Shown here piece by piece: positions 15,511 to 29,167 of a DNA stretch of 64,000 nucleotides; the first letter of the stretch is position 1, and each line of letters opens with the position of its first letter. Made by a program: the position numbers and the translations under genes. The DNA lies in contig OX597832.1 in NCBI GenBank assembly GCA_951406725.2, forward strand, positions 10,974,001 through 11,038,000, read 5' to 3'. The notes under the pieces are model-generated. The model did not search any database and was not told where the DNA came from. It saw only the letters and a program-made list of their open reading frames with translations. This DNA is from Octopus vulgaris (lineage: Eukaryota).

Positions 15511-16329
15511 CTGATTGTCGATACTGTGTAGATTTCATCTTTATATACACTGGTACTTTTTGAGTTAAGCTTTCTATGGAGTTGTTCCTTCCTGGTTTTC
15601 AGATTTAATTTCACCTGCAGGTAGTTATGAATAGGTTAAACTTGACTGTTATCTAATTATCATATTCTTTAAAGGTTTGAAATTTGTTTTCTCCAACACA
15701 AGCAAACCTCACATCATTTCATATTGTACGATTTTGTTAAACGACCTGCTTCTCATGAGCCTTTCTTGCATTAGATGGATGCTTTGTTTATTCAAGGCTG
15801 TTTATCCCTTCTATTCCAAGTGACTTTTCCCTGGCATAACTACCTCTCTTGATATCAAATGTTTCATGATTTCTTTATTTTACCCAGAGTGAATAGTCGT
15901 GGAACTGGGGGTATTTTCTTGGAAGCATACTTTTGCCCATTTCTTGATAGTTATTCTCATTATTCATCTACTGTATGAAGGGCGTACTATTGTCGGTCTT
16001 TACTAGAAATTTGTAGCTCCCTATGGCAATTTTCCATTTCGTTGAATCTGTTACTTTGCATTCTGAGTTGCTTATAATGTTGCTTTTGTGATCCTTCATT
16101 GTTTTATACAACTCTCATTTTCTAAGACATTCTGTCTGACATTTTTCTGATAATGGTTCCCAGTTAGGTTCCCTGCATATTGTAATGTAAATACTGGTGC
16201 ATCTCCATCTATAGCATATTTGTCAAATCTGCGCACCTATTTCACGAGATTCACATAATACCGACATTCGTTTTGTTCTGGTAGGTATTTTTAGAGTGAC
16301 ATACAATTCTAAATAGAAATTCTACTTCA

Positions 16330-16650
16330 ACAGACCATGTAATTTTCAGCATGTACCGAGGACTCCTGTCTCATCGGTTCTTTCGACTCAATTGTATATG
16401 GAACTGAATCCCAACATGTGCATGAATGAATATTTTTCGATAAAGCAAAACTGTCTACGTTTCTGACACATGACCATATCGTTTCAATTTCTGCTTGTTA
16501 ACAACTGACAGGAAAGTCTCGTGCTTTGCAGTCATGCATACAGTACCCGTCCAAGCACTCTCGTTATTAGGATGTTCTGTAAACGTAAAGCGATGTATCT
16601 TTCCATAGCAATGCATTTCAAAAGCCACGAACTTTTCTATTATTCAGTAT
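16330..16650 (-). mobile_element. RTE-clade LINE 3' ORF fragment (decayed)
   Basis: Minus frame EKFVAFEMHCYGKIHRFTFTEHPNNE..HETFLSVVNKQKLKRYGHV matches the post-RT RTE motif FEMxCYRRxLxI..TNEEV..KRKLxWYGHV. Confidence 0.75.
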
Positions 16651-18380
16651 CAAATGAATATTAATCTAAACCAATATCCTCAGTTCAAGGTGCTCTTCCG
16701 AAACGCGAATGATTAAATATTATTTATTAAAGACCTTTATATTAAGTTTAAATTATTCGGATATTTAAATTACCTTCTATATTGGGACCGCTTTCACTAT
16801 CGTCTTTTAGAAGCTAAAAGTTATCGATGCGTAGTCACAAAATTCATTACCATGTTGTACAATTCAATTTGCAGTTTGGTTTACCTGTTAATTCAATATC
16901 TCATAAATTTATTTTATTTGTAGATTTTTTTTCTTATGCATTTCAAATGATATAAAACCATTCTATTAATACCAGCAGGAACAACTTCAAGAGTTTTTAG
17001 ATATAGATGTTCTTAAACCAAGATTGTAATATCCTTATTTTCAATGAATTCCATTATCCACTTCTTAGATATTTCTATGCCATAATATTTTATTAGCTCT
17101 CCTGGCAACCAGTTGCCATATATTCTCGCTGTTGTATTTGACATTCTTTCCTGCTATTTCTCATTCTGAAGGAAAACTTTTATTATTTGCCCTACCATTT
17201 TTATTGCTTAACATCGACTTATGCAATTATCTATGTTCTGAACATATGATAAGTTTTATTAGGAATTTGATTGTGATATTATTGAAAGTTCAAACACACA
17301 CACACGCATACACACGCACGTATGCACGCACGCCACACACCACATGCACAGACGTGCTTATATATATCGTCGCTGTTGTGTGCGTTACACGAAAGGGGCA
17401 GCCGATGGGTGTAATTAACCAAAGCTGAACGCATCAAGCATAGTATTCCTTCAACACTCCCACAAACCCCACAAAGCACACTTAAGATTAAAAGATTTAA
17501 TTATTTAGTAAGCCTCAGTGCTTCGGCGTTATAAATTGGTAACCTTATAAGTAGATCATGCTGGAACCAGCAGGAAGATCATTATAGAATTCCAAAGGGT
17601 GTTTTAAATTACACTATTGATGTCAACTCAATCTCTAAAACGACAAAGTAAGAGGAATACATAGAAGATCATATAAATGTCTTACCATATAATCTACAAG
17701 TACGAGATGCTCTTTGTGTATCACAGGACTTTTAGAATAACAGTTTAAGTACTATCAAAAGATTACCATTTATATATCACAAATCGTCATAAACTCGGTG
17801 CCGAATACGAGTTTCATAGTCGTTAATTCAAAGTATGTTAGACTTTCATTGCACTGCATCATAGTTTCTTATCAGTGTATTTCTCGCGGGAATAATTGCA
17901 CTGAGATATACATGAAAACATATATATCACAAACCTGATGCTATTCACACTGCTAATATTTATCTGATCTGCAGTCATTTGTAAATAGGTAGATCAGTCG
18001 CTGAGTGCTAACTTTCCTACCCTGTATATAGGATACAGAACTTTTTTGCTTTACTTAATCATCGGGTTTTGCTGTGAACTAAAAAGAAAATGTAATGCAC
18101 ACTTCCCCAAAAATTTAATATACATTTTCCAAGAATGAATTAATATATACACCGTTCGCTATTGCTTTTGTCTTTCTTTTCCTTTTCTTTTTCTGTTTTT
18201 GACAAATAGGTGAAAATGTACTCCATTTTAATTTTCAGTATCTCAAAATATTCTATTGATGTTACTAAGTTAATGATCATGTAACTGGTGGAATTTAGTT
18301 TTCTATGTAATTAAATGAGCGTTGGTAATGTATATAGATAAAAACAACGTACACATACCTTTCGATTCATATCACGAATT

Positions 18381-18786
18381 TACTCTTTACTCTTTTACTT
18401 GTTTCAGTCATTTTGACTGTGGCCATGCTGGAGCACCGCCTTTAGTCGAGCAAATCGATCCCAGGACTAATTCTTTGTAAGCCTAGTACTTATTCCGTCG
18501 GTCTCTTTTCCCGAATCGCTAGGTTTCGGGGTCGTAAACACACCAGCATCGGTTGTCAAGCGATGTTGGGGAGACAAACACACAAACATACACACACACA
18601 CACATATATATATACATATATACGACGGGCTTCTTTCAGTTTCCGTCTACCAAATCCGATCACAAGGCCTTGGTCGGCTCGAGGCTATAGTAGAAGACAC
18701 TTGCCCAATGTGCCACGCAGTGGAACTGAACCCGGAACCATGTGGTTGGTAAGCAAACTAATTACCACACACCCACTCCTACGCCT
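18381..18786 (-). mobile_element. SINE family A, full length (tRNA head, CORE-like segment, internal TA/TG microsatellite)
   Basis: Reverse complement of the 22061-22447 copy; tail gaaacaagtaaaagagta. Confidence 0.92.
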
Positions 18787-19096
18787 GGTTATGCGATTTA
18801 TGAGCCATTGTGGAGCTAGAAATTTTCCTCCGCTAAGGGGAAATTTTGAACGGAATTGCTGAATTCTGTACATTTGCCTCTTATTTACATATACGGAACA
18901 ATATTACACTGGTTTATCTATTTTCATTCATTTATTACCATAGGATTATAGACACAGAAATATATTACATATACACACACGTACTCGTGCACGCAACACA
19001 CACACACACATAAACACGCAAACAAACACATATGTATATATGTAGTTACGTATGTACATGAATACTTTACTTAAATAAATGCATGATTTTGTTCTT

Positions 19097-19157
19097 GATG
19101 ATGATGAGGATGGTGATGAGGGTAATGATGGCGATGATGATGATGATGGTGATGGTA
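19097..19157. repeat. Imperfect (GAT)n trinucleotide repeat
   Basis: Directly visible. Confidence 0.9.
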
Positions 19158-19703
19158 TGTTGACGATAGGGACGACATTGACTTCGAGTGAAAATGAAAC
19201 TATTAGTATTGAATCTTACAGCATCTGACATTATTGAACTTCTGTATCAAATATCAACTATTTTCATCCTATTGCGCTCAAATTTCTTAATGAAAGGAGG
19301 ATGCCTTTTCAAATTTAATTATTCAAAATATATTACAATTTAAAACATGAACTTATGCCAATCGAACAGACGGTTGGTGGCGACGCCTGCTGGTTTCGGC
19401 TGCTCTGCATTTATAAGGGGCAAATACTCTGAAACTAGTCTGCAGATGCCTGACCAGCAAGGGGAAGCGGCTTACCTCCCCTGTTCGAAGGTTATAATGG
19501 ACACATGTTCGTGTGTTATATAGCTAGCTAGAGGCGATGGCCCCCTTGGAGCTAATCAACGACAGCATTCGTCCTATATTTCTGGACTGCCATATTAGCT
19601 TAGTGATAACTATTAATATCCAGTAGTGCTGCCGTAGCATCCTTTAGAGAGACTTAGAAATTCTTATATTTCTATTTATGCCAATCCTTTTTAATCAAAT
19701 ATC

Positions 19704-20127
19704 TCTTTCCTTACTACCCACAAGGGGCTAAACACAGAAGAGACAGAAGTAACAAACAAAGACAGACAAAGGGATTAAGTCAATTACATCGACCCCAGTG
19801 TGTAACTGGTACTTAATTTATCAACCCCAAAAGGATGAAAGGCAAATTCGACTTTAGCGGAATTTGAACTCAGAACGTAACGGCAAACGAAGTACCTATT
19901 TCTTTACTACCTACAAGGGGCTAAACACAGAGGGGACAAGCAAAAACAGACAAACGGATTAAGTCGATTACATCGACCCTAGTGCGTAACTGGTTCTTAA
20001 TCTATCTGCCCCGAAAGGATGAAAGTCAAAGTCGACCTCGGCGGAATTTAAACTCAGAATGTAACGGCAGACGAAATAGAGCTAAGCATTTCGCCCGGCA
20101 TGCTAACGTTTCTGCAAGCTCGCCGCC
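19704..20127 (-). mobile_element. SINE family B dimer (one head plus two body-tail units) with a single 16-bp TSD
   Basis: Body-tail repeated twice; flanks tttttaatcaaatatc (19688-19703) / tttttaatgaaatatc (20129-20144). Confidence 0.9.
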
Positions 20128-20708
20128 TTTTTTAATGAAATATCATTATAAAACAAATGCATGAACATATATTCATCAATATAATTGAAGGCGTGTACGT
20201 TTTTGTCTGTCAATCTAGAAACAGCTGATACATTAAACTAGAATTTTCCTACAGGCTTGCAGCTGTAGCACTGTAAGCGCGTTGCCTAATAAAAGGACTA
20301 CATTGCAACGTCATAAACGTTTTTTTGCCATGCAGCGTTTCTAAATAACACATATTCAGTAAGAATATCAATAATGATAAAAATCTACATTGCACGTAGT
20401 TACATATTTGTGCACGTGTGTGAATGTCGACATAGAGGTTTAATGTATGAAAAATAAATTTGTAATTACAACTAAAATATTCATTTTAGTTGATCTCGAT
20501 GTATGCAAATATTACTAAGATAAACAAAATTCGAAACAAGTAGAATATTAACACTTAGAAGCGTATACAAAAATGCGTAAATATGTGCTTACATAAGTGT
20601 ATGAATACATACATATTTCAAAGATATCTATCTATAAATATATGTATGTATTCATGTGCATGTGTAACATATTTTTTATCGTGTTTGCAAATAAATTTGA
20701 CATGACAA

Positions 20709-20766
<58 letters not shown>

Positions 20767-21246
20767 ATGCAATACGAAATGAGAAATGAACATGCCTGAT
20801 TTTGTAAGTCTTGTCACGATATGCCTGATAACTATAGATAACTTAATTAAAATTTCACTAATCATGTTATAAAACATAGGAAATTTTCTTTATCAAGTAA
20901 TTTCTATCAATTTTTATATTGTTGTTATACATTATTTTCAAACTCGAATAATTTTATGTAGCAAACAGTAAAGCAAAAAAATAATGAAAATTTATAATAG
21001 AACGTAAGAGAATGTTGTTCAAGCAGTTTCGTTTGTTGTTGGCGTCATTTATCTTGTTTATGTTGTCATATTTTTCACAATGTGTTTCATATTTTCTAGA
21101 TGTTTCATTTACACTTTCCTGACTACAAATGTTTGTTATGATGTATTATAAATCTTTGATAATATTTGGTGACGGATGAGTTGGTTCATGGTTTAACACA
21201 GGTAACGTTGTCAGATATAGCTATATTAAAATTAGCTTGCAGTATG

Positions 21247-21680
<434 letters not shown>

Positions 21681-22060
21681 AAATATAATTACGATATAGT
21701 TGAATTAGGTACTTAAAATGAGGCACTTTGCCAGTTCCGTATACAGTGCATAGCGCCATATTAGATGAACTGAATATAAATATATAACAAGGATGTGCGG
21801 ATTTCAATACCTTACGGCCCTTTCCAGCGGTTCCATTTAATTGATCGTTTCTGCCACAGATGTAACATAAGGAAACAATGTAATTATTTGGTATTCTATT
21901 ATTCATGTAAATTTGTTTAAAATGGTTTATCCCTTATATTTGAAATCTATATATTCATCTGTATTTGAAGAAAGGGGTTTGTTTCAAATTCATGTAATAT
22001 TTCCATTGATCAATTAAATGTATTGACACCTTTACATCCTTGTCACCTATGTACATTATA

Positions 22061-22447
22061 GGAGTGGCTGTGTGGTAAGTAGCTTGTTTACCAACCACAT
22101 GGTTCCGGGTTCAGTCCGACTGCGTGGCACCTTGGGCAAGTGTCTTCTACTATAGCCTCGGACCGACCAAAGCCTTGTGAGTGAATTTGGTAGACGGAAA
22201 CTGAAAGAAGCCCGTCGTATATATGTATATATATATGTGTGTGTGTTTGTGTTTCTGTGTTTGTCCCCCTAGCATTGCTTGACAACCGATGCTGGTGTGT
22301 TTATGTCCCCGTTACTTAGCGGTTCGGCAAAAGAGACCGATAGAATAAGTACTGGGCCTACAAAAGAATAAGTCCCGAGGTCGAGTTGCTCGATTAAAGG
22401 CGGTGCTCCAGCATGGCCGCAGTCAAATGACTGAAACAAGTAAAAGA
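22061..22447 (+). mobile_element. SINE family A, full length
   Basis: A-box-like tggctgtgtgg, B-box-like ggttcagtcc, CORE-like gtggcaccttgggcaagtgtc, tail gcatggccgcagtcaaatgactgaaacaagtaaaaga. Confidence 0.93.
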
Positions 22448-23230
22448 TACATATATATATATATATATATGTACACACACACACACATATGTATATACAT
22501 AAATATCCATGTATTTCCAAATATATATAAATATACATACAAATATATATATGCATTCACACATGTCTATATATGTGTGTCTGTGTATTTGTGCAGGTAG
22601 TAGTGAGTTTGCCTGCTTATACCGTTTATAATTTAAGTCTAAACAATTGCATTTCGCGAACGGAGCGTTCACACAAATATTAAATGCACTCATAAAATGT
22701 ACTGTTTTAAAAGCTACGGCCCTAACAACCTATCCCAGGTAATAACAGGTATTCTACTTCTACTTTTGTCGTTCAGCGAAATTCCACCATTCTAAAGCAT
22801 ATAAACCATTATTAACGTTCCTGGATTTCGCACCATTTATATAAAAATATAGACAGTTTTAATTATAGAAGAAGCAGCTCTATTATAATGGTTATGTTTT
22901 ATTTAATATACCTATATATATATTAATAAAAATGCTCTCCTGTAGCAATATTCGTTACTCCCATGCCGTACTTAATGAAAAGTGTTATGTTAATAGTTAA
23001 TATTATTTCTAATATTTAGACAAATCGCACAAACACATTTAATCCTGATTTGCTCTTAGATCGTCTCAGCAAGTCATAGATTTCACTGAAATTGAACTGC
23101 GACATTTGCTACGACACCATACTTGATTAATCATAGAGAAGAATATACACTATCTTATTCAAGGATATGAAATTATCTTATTCAAAGATATCAAAAATAA
23201 AACTTTTATTCAGATAAATTGATATTCGTA

Positions 23231-23603
23231 TAGGCGCAAAACGGTTCCGGGTTCAGTCTCACTATGTGATTCTTCGAGCAAGTATCTTCTACTATAGCCT
23301 CTGACCGATTAAAACCTTCTGAGTCGAATTAGTAGACGGAAATCGAAAAACGCCCGTCGTATATGCATGTTTGTGTCTATGAGTGTGAGTGTGTGTGCAT
23401 TTATGTGTGTCTGTGTTTGTCCCCCTTCGCCGCGTGACAACAGGTTTTGATATGTGTCCGTCCCTGGAAAAAGAAACCCATAGAGAAAATTAATCTTTTT
23501 TTTAAAAAAAAAACTCCTCGGGTCGATTTGTTTAGCTAAAACCCTTCAAGGTGGCGCCCCAGTTTGGGCGCAGTGAAAGTGACTCAAGCCAGTAAAGATA
23601 AAA
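23231..23603 (+). mobile_element. SINE family A, diverged
   Basis: ggttccgggttcagtctc...tcttctactatagcctc...gtagacggaaatcg...ggtggcgccccag align to family A. Confidence 0.8.
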
Positions 23604-24144
23604 CGAGCTAAAAGATTAATTCGACCAGATTTAAAACTATAGCAAAATCCGTTTTGACCCTTTTAGTGTAGAGAACAATCAAGACCATTATTTGTATGAA
23701 TTATAGTATGATGACGAAAAGATAACATCAACGTAATGGATTGATAATTGCTTTCTGGCCATCAGAGAGATGCAAAGCACATGACCTTTGAGTGGTATAA
23801 CAAGTCTGTATTTTGAGATAAATCTTCCTCAAATCCCAACCTATTTTCATAACAAAAGTTACGTCTGTGATCATGAATATTGTCCTCCATACAAATATCT
23901 TACTCTGGTTACTTGGGGCTGAAAAATTTAAACAGTGGAGTCTCTAAGTTATTAAGTCTTAAACGATGCCATAAACACCTTCGACCCATTTATCCGCTGG
24001 GTCTGTGAACGGTTACGGCGCAAGACATTTCCTAATTGTCTGTGTTTATATAGTTTATATCTCTTCTATGTCAAATTATGCATACAAACGTACACACACA
24101 TAAATATTATTTCCATATGGAAATATATGTATATACATAAAAAC

Positions 24145-24197
<53 letters not shown>

Positions 24198-25319
24198 TAC
24201 ACCTTTGTTGATTTCAAAAACACCTTACCGAAATTAATAACAAATGCTCAAATTGAATACCCTCTGCAATAAATCATGTATCAATTTACTTTATGAAAGC
24301 ATCTTTCACATCCGTGAGTGTGGAAAGGGTGATTTGGGGGCAATCAGTTGTTATTGCATTCTTCATATCATCAAGAGTTCGCGGACGACTCTGGGACAAA
24401 ACAGATTTGGGTTGTCCCGAAAATAAATAGTCAAAGTGAGTAAAATCTACGCATCAGGGTGGCCGCTCCACGGAACCTCTCCGTCCAATACATCTGTTAG
24501 GAAAGGTATGGTTTAAGTACTTACGCGCGCAATTAGCAAAGTGTGCTGGAACTTCACCCTGCTGAAAAAAAGAAGTTTTTTCCGTTGATTAATAGGAACA
24601 TCCTTAAGGTAGTCAAAAATCAAGGTCTGCCGGAGCTCCGAATAGGTTTCCCCTGTAGAAGGCTGTGCGATATCTAGGACACCCAGAATCTAGTAATAAA
24701 TTGTACAACGAATCTAACAAATCTTCGCAGTGGGGTCAAACCAGTGACTTCTTGGCTGCAAAAGGCTCTTTTTAATAACTCAGACATACATAGATAGACG
24801 TGCATATAATTGTACAGCCTAAACGTACATGTGCAAGAATACATACTTATATAAGTATACAAAATTATGTAATCATAACTATTTATACTTCCCAAATAAT
24901 CGGTGATATACGTATTGCTTTATATGCAGAAATATATACTGACAGTCATACTGGGTAATATAAGCTAACAACTTCTATGGATGGATGGGGTAATTTCATG
25001 TGTATGTATATATCTAGATCTTTATAAAGTTATGTCATATTAAATAACCATACATAAAGGCATAGAGTATATATATGTGTGTGTGTATATATTCCTTATT
25101 TAGGAATTAATATAACCATCATTGCGGTGTTGAGCACTCATTTCATCGTTCGACAGTTATTTGGATATATATATATATAATTTAGAATGTTATTGTCCCA
25201 CGGAAATGATCACCATTACTTACATAGCGATAAAATCTCTATATAATGTTAGATAGGTATTGGAAATTAGTCCATTACAGACGGATCCAAAACACATCTT
25301 TCTGGATTTTCTTTTTTGT

Positions 25320-25500
25320 AATTTTGGTGCAAGGCCAACAATTAGAGGAGGAGATGGAAGCCAATGCTCACTAACATTTCTGTTAAGGATAAAAGGCAAA
25401 GCTTATTTTGGTGGAATTTGAGCTCATGAAGACAAAGAGCTAGAAGAAATGCTGCTATGCATTATGTACGATGCGTTACAATTTTTGCCAGTTCCCCTTG
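25320..25500 (-). mobile_element. SINE family B-related, old copy
   Basis: ggataaaaggcaaagc...ggtggaatttgagctc...aaatgctgctatgcatt...tttgccagttc. Confidence 0.55.
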
Positions 25501-26223
25501 TCATGATCAAAGAGATATTTCAAGAAAGGCATTCTCGATGTGAGCAGCCTATTTTGGCTGGTAATTATATTTAGGTTATCTGACGTGTCTATGTTTTAAG
25601 ATTGTACGACGTGATATAAAGGGAATGCGACTGCAATTTCTACAAAGATATTGGCGTTGTATCGCAAATGTGTTAGCTTTACATAGTTCATGAAAAGTAG
25701 GCGAGGCAAGAGCGTAATTGTATTAACATTTGTCAGTGCTTTACAAACCTAACATCTCCATAGAAACTTTGATAAAGTCAATGGGAATTTACATCGATAT
25801 ATATAAAGTAACATATAAATTTTCCTAAACGTATATCCACTCTAACTTTTATATTATAGATAATTCAAGTAGCTGAGAACGAAGACAAACCCTTTCATTC
25901 AAAGGAAAATTCTAAATTTTAAAGGGATGTATACTTTGTATTATACTATGAATAATTAAATTTTCGGAGAATCATAATTCTCTTAAGAACGAAAGGAAAC
26001 TTGGAAAACGTTATGCTATACAAATGATAATATCGTCTTAAATATTCTGTTATAAAGCGTTCTTGCTGAGGTTCGTTATTTCACATTCGCACTCTAGCAT
26101 TTTTTAAGAATCTTTGTCGCTATCCAGTCTTGCATGAGTAAAAATCGTAACATGCATGCCTGTGTCCATATATGTGAGAAGTAATGTATGTGTGACCATA
26201 CTACCTATGTAAATACACACACA

Positions 26224-26280
<57 letters not shown>

Positions 26281-26284
<4 letters not shown>

Positions 26285-26605
26285 GCAATGAAGAAAATGC
26301 TGACAAAATAATTTAAGTAAGGGAGAGTGTATTTAGTTAGGTGAAAGTTCTTTACCGGTTGCGCATTTGTTATGCTTATCAAAAGATGTATTTTTAAGAG
26401 AGATAGAGTTCTTTTCTGATAGATTTTTTTCTCTTATCAGATAAGAGAAAAAATCTATCAGAAAGGAACTCTATCTCTCTTAAAAATATATCTTTTGATA
26501 AGCATAACAAATGCGCAACCGGTAAAGAACTTTCACCTAACTAAATACACTCTCCCTTACTTAAATTATTTTGTCAGCATTTTTTCATTTCCTTCTTTTA
26601 TATAT
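26281..26605. mobile_element. Near-perfect ~160-bp-arm palindrome (1-nt loop at 26439) next to (TA)n; fold-back element
   Basis: ctcttatc-a-gataagag centre; arms differ by a few substitutions or indels; mirrored ORFs at 26104(-) and 26495(+). Confidence 0.9.
26491..26528 (+). ncRNA. Minimal hammerhead-like motif, U3-A8 variant with A13C (identical copy on the - strand in the left arm)
   Basis: UCUU-UUGAUAA-GCAU aacaa AUGC-GCAA-CCGG-UA^AAGA. Confidence 0.55.
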
Positions 26606-26636
26606 CACAACTCGTGTTCCACATCTCCTTTTTTAA

Positions 26637-26671
<35 letters not shown>

Positions 26672-26734
26672 GCTATTTATGTATATATAAGAATATGTCT
26701 ATATATATATATATATATATATATAAACATAGTC

Positions 26735-27228
26735 AATTGGCACTTGATTTATCGACCCCGAAAGGATGACAGGCAAAGTCGACCTCGATGGAATTTCAAT
26801 TAAAAACGTAGCGACGGGCGACATACCTATTTCTTTACTACCCACAAGGAGGACAAACAAGGACAGACATACGGATTAAATGGATTGTATCGACCCCAGT
26901 GCGTAATCGGTATTTATTTAATCGACCCCGAAAGGATGAAAGGCAAAGTCGACCTCGGCGGAATTTGAAGTCAGAACGTAGCGGCAGACGAAATACCTAT
27001 TTCTTTATTACCCACAAGGGGCTAAACACAGAGGGGACAAACAAGGACAGACAAACGGATTAAGTCGATTACATCAAACATAGTGCGTAACTGGTACTTA
27101 TGTAATCGAGCCCGAAACGATGAAATACAAAGTCGACCTCGGCGGAATTTGAACTCTGAACGTAACGGCCGACGAAATACCGCAAAGCATTTCGCCCGGC
27201 GTGCTAACGTTTCTGCCAGCTCGCTGCC
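26735..27228 (-). mobile_element. SINE family B trimer (one head plus three bodies)
   Basis: atcgaccccgaaaggatgaaaggcaaagtcgacctcggcggaatttg-like body three times; head at the 27228 end. Confidence 0.9.
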
Positions 27229-28805
27229 TTGTAAACATCAATAATACTAACCTGAAGATCACAATGCCAAAACAACGTATATTCTGTGACGTGTGGGTGT
27301 CTATACGTATGCGTGTATATGCGTTTGCGAGTATGTATAGGTAAATTTGCTGTGTGTCACATGCGTGTTTATTACTCTGTACGATTTTCAAGTGTGAATT
27401 AAGTAATATTGTAATTTAATTCGAGCCTTGTGCGTTTTATTATTCGTCTGAATTGAGGTGTCATGCATATTAAATTAGAATTCTACAATTAATCATGTTT
27501 AATAACAGTATATATATATTTTCTTTGGTAAAAAAATTCGAACAACATTTCTTTAAAAAAATATATAAGGTTAATATAATTATTCATAATTGATTTATAA
27601 ATTCATACTATGTAAACTATACAGATAATTCAATTAGATTTGTACTACACCGTACTAGGAAACAGAATACAGTCTCATAGTTTTACTTTATTTTATTTTT
27701 TAACTTATATAGAACTCGACACTTCTGTCTCAATTTCTATATAATTTTGCAATGTTTACAAAGTTTTCAAAAGTATTAAAAATACTTTAATTATGTTTCT
27801 CATCATGTTTGGTTCTTGTTTACTTTTCTTTTGCTAATAATTACCATTTCGTCAAAGACGTTAATATATCGGGTCTTATAAATTTAATCTGTCGACAAAA
27901 AAATAAAAAAATGTGGTAAATATTGTAAGGATAGTGTTTAAATGTACAACATATTTTCTTCATATTTTACTAACAGATTTAATGAAAAAGTAATGGCTTT
28001 CCAGTGAACGGTGACAAATTTTTTTGGTTCACTTCATTTGATAAAAATAAAAGCAACATCTACTAAATAACACATCCTAATGAATCAGAATAAGCGAACA
28101 TTGCATTAGATATCATAGTGATATGATGTTAGTAATGATTTCAAAAACACATGGAAGTTGATGCTCGAAATGCATTTTTTTTCATAGATATAGTCGTTAA
28201 AAACTGATACGGTGTCGGAAGAACATGAACAATTGTATTTATGGATTTCTACTTTTGCTTTAAGTTTATGTATACCGAAAAGCACACAAGGAGATATGCA
28301 CATCGTTTAATTTCGATTCTAAAGATTATCTCATTTTTCTTATTCTAAGTCAAACCTAATTGCCGTTGACTTGTGTGTAACTTGCTCATTCCATGGGAAT
28401 GAAGATTGCTTCAATAAATCGTGAATTTTCTATCACACATACCTTTATTCACCTGCGTTCGTCCATACCACTATGTTATTCTCTTAGTTTTTATTTTTGC
28501 TACATGTATCATATAAGTGTGTTGTGTGTGTATGTGTGTTTATGTGTAAGTCTAGGTGTCCACGTATAACTTCGTCATGCGTAGGTCTCTTATAAAAGAA
28601 AATTTTCCAAAATTTGTGAATAAGTGAAAACATGATCTCGTATTATGTTTTACAGTGATATTTAGGCAACTGCGTAATGACCAATGCACTCCGAAATAAT
28701 AATAATGTTGATAGTGGAACAGACAAATAATATACGTCAACTCATTTTCATCGCAGATAGACATGGATTCCTAAAAACATTTTCTTTCCCCTAACTAGAT
28801 ATTTC

Positions 28806-28886
28806 GGCAAGTGCCTTCCGCTAGAGCCTCGGGCCGACCAAAGCATTGTGAGTGCGATTAGTAGGCGGAAACTCAAAAAACCTGTA

Positions 28887-28921
<35 letters not shown>

Positions 28922-29167
28922 CATACATACATACGTGTGTGTGTGTGCAGAAGTTTGCGTGTCTGTGTTCATCTACCTACTACCGCTTGTGAACCGATGT
29001 TGGTATGTTTACATCCCGGTAAATTAGCAGTTCAGCAAAAGAGACTGATCGAATAAGTAAGAGACAGGCAGAGAATAAGTCCCGGGGTCGATTTGTTCGA
29101 CTAAAGGTGGTGCTCCAGCATGGCCGCAGGCAAATGACTGAAACAAATACAAGAATGAAAGAATGAA
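28806..29167 (+). mobile_element. SINE family A, 5'-truncated
   Basis: ggcaagtgccttcc...gggccgaccaaagc...ggtgctccagcatggccgc...gactgaaacaa. Confidence 0.85.

Larger units (their letters stand above)
14690..16320 (-). pseudogene. Highly decayed Penelope-like retroelement (RT thumb to GIY-YIG C-terminus)
   Basis: Minus-strand fragments IGSYKFLVKTDNSTPFI, HRKLNSKSTSVY..RNTVKNIRHKINN, DRFLSLHIRHITQRTS..TSLSEYA*ELYEN and GILNKMNESISRSR occur in the order typical of PLE ORFs; many stops and frameshifts; interrupted by a SINE. Confidence 0.55.

Noticed and set aside
22061-22125. tRNA gene
   Set aside because: tRNA-derived SINE head; no complete cloverleaf, and it continues into the SINE body.
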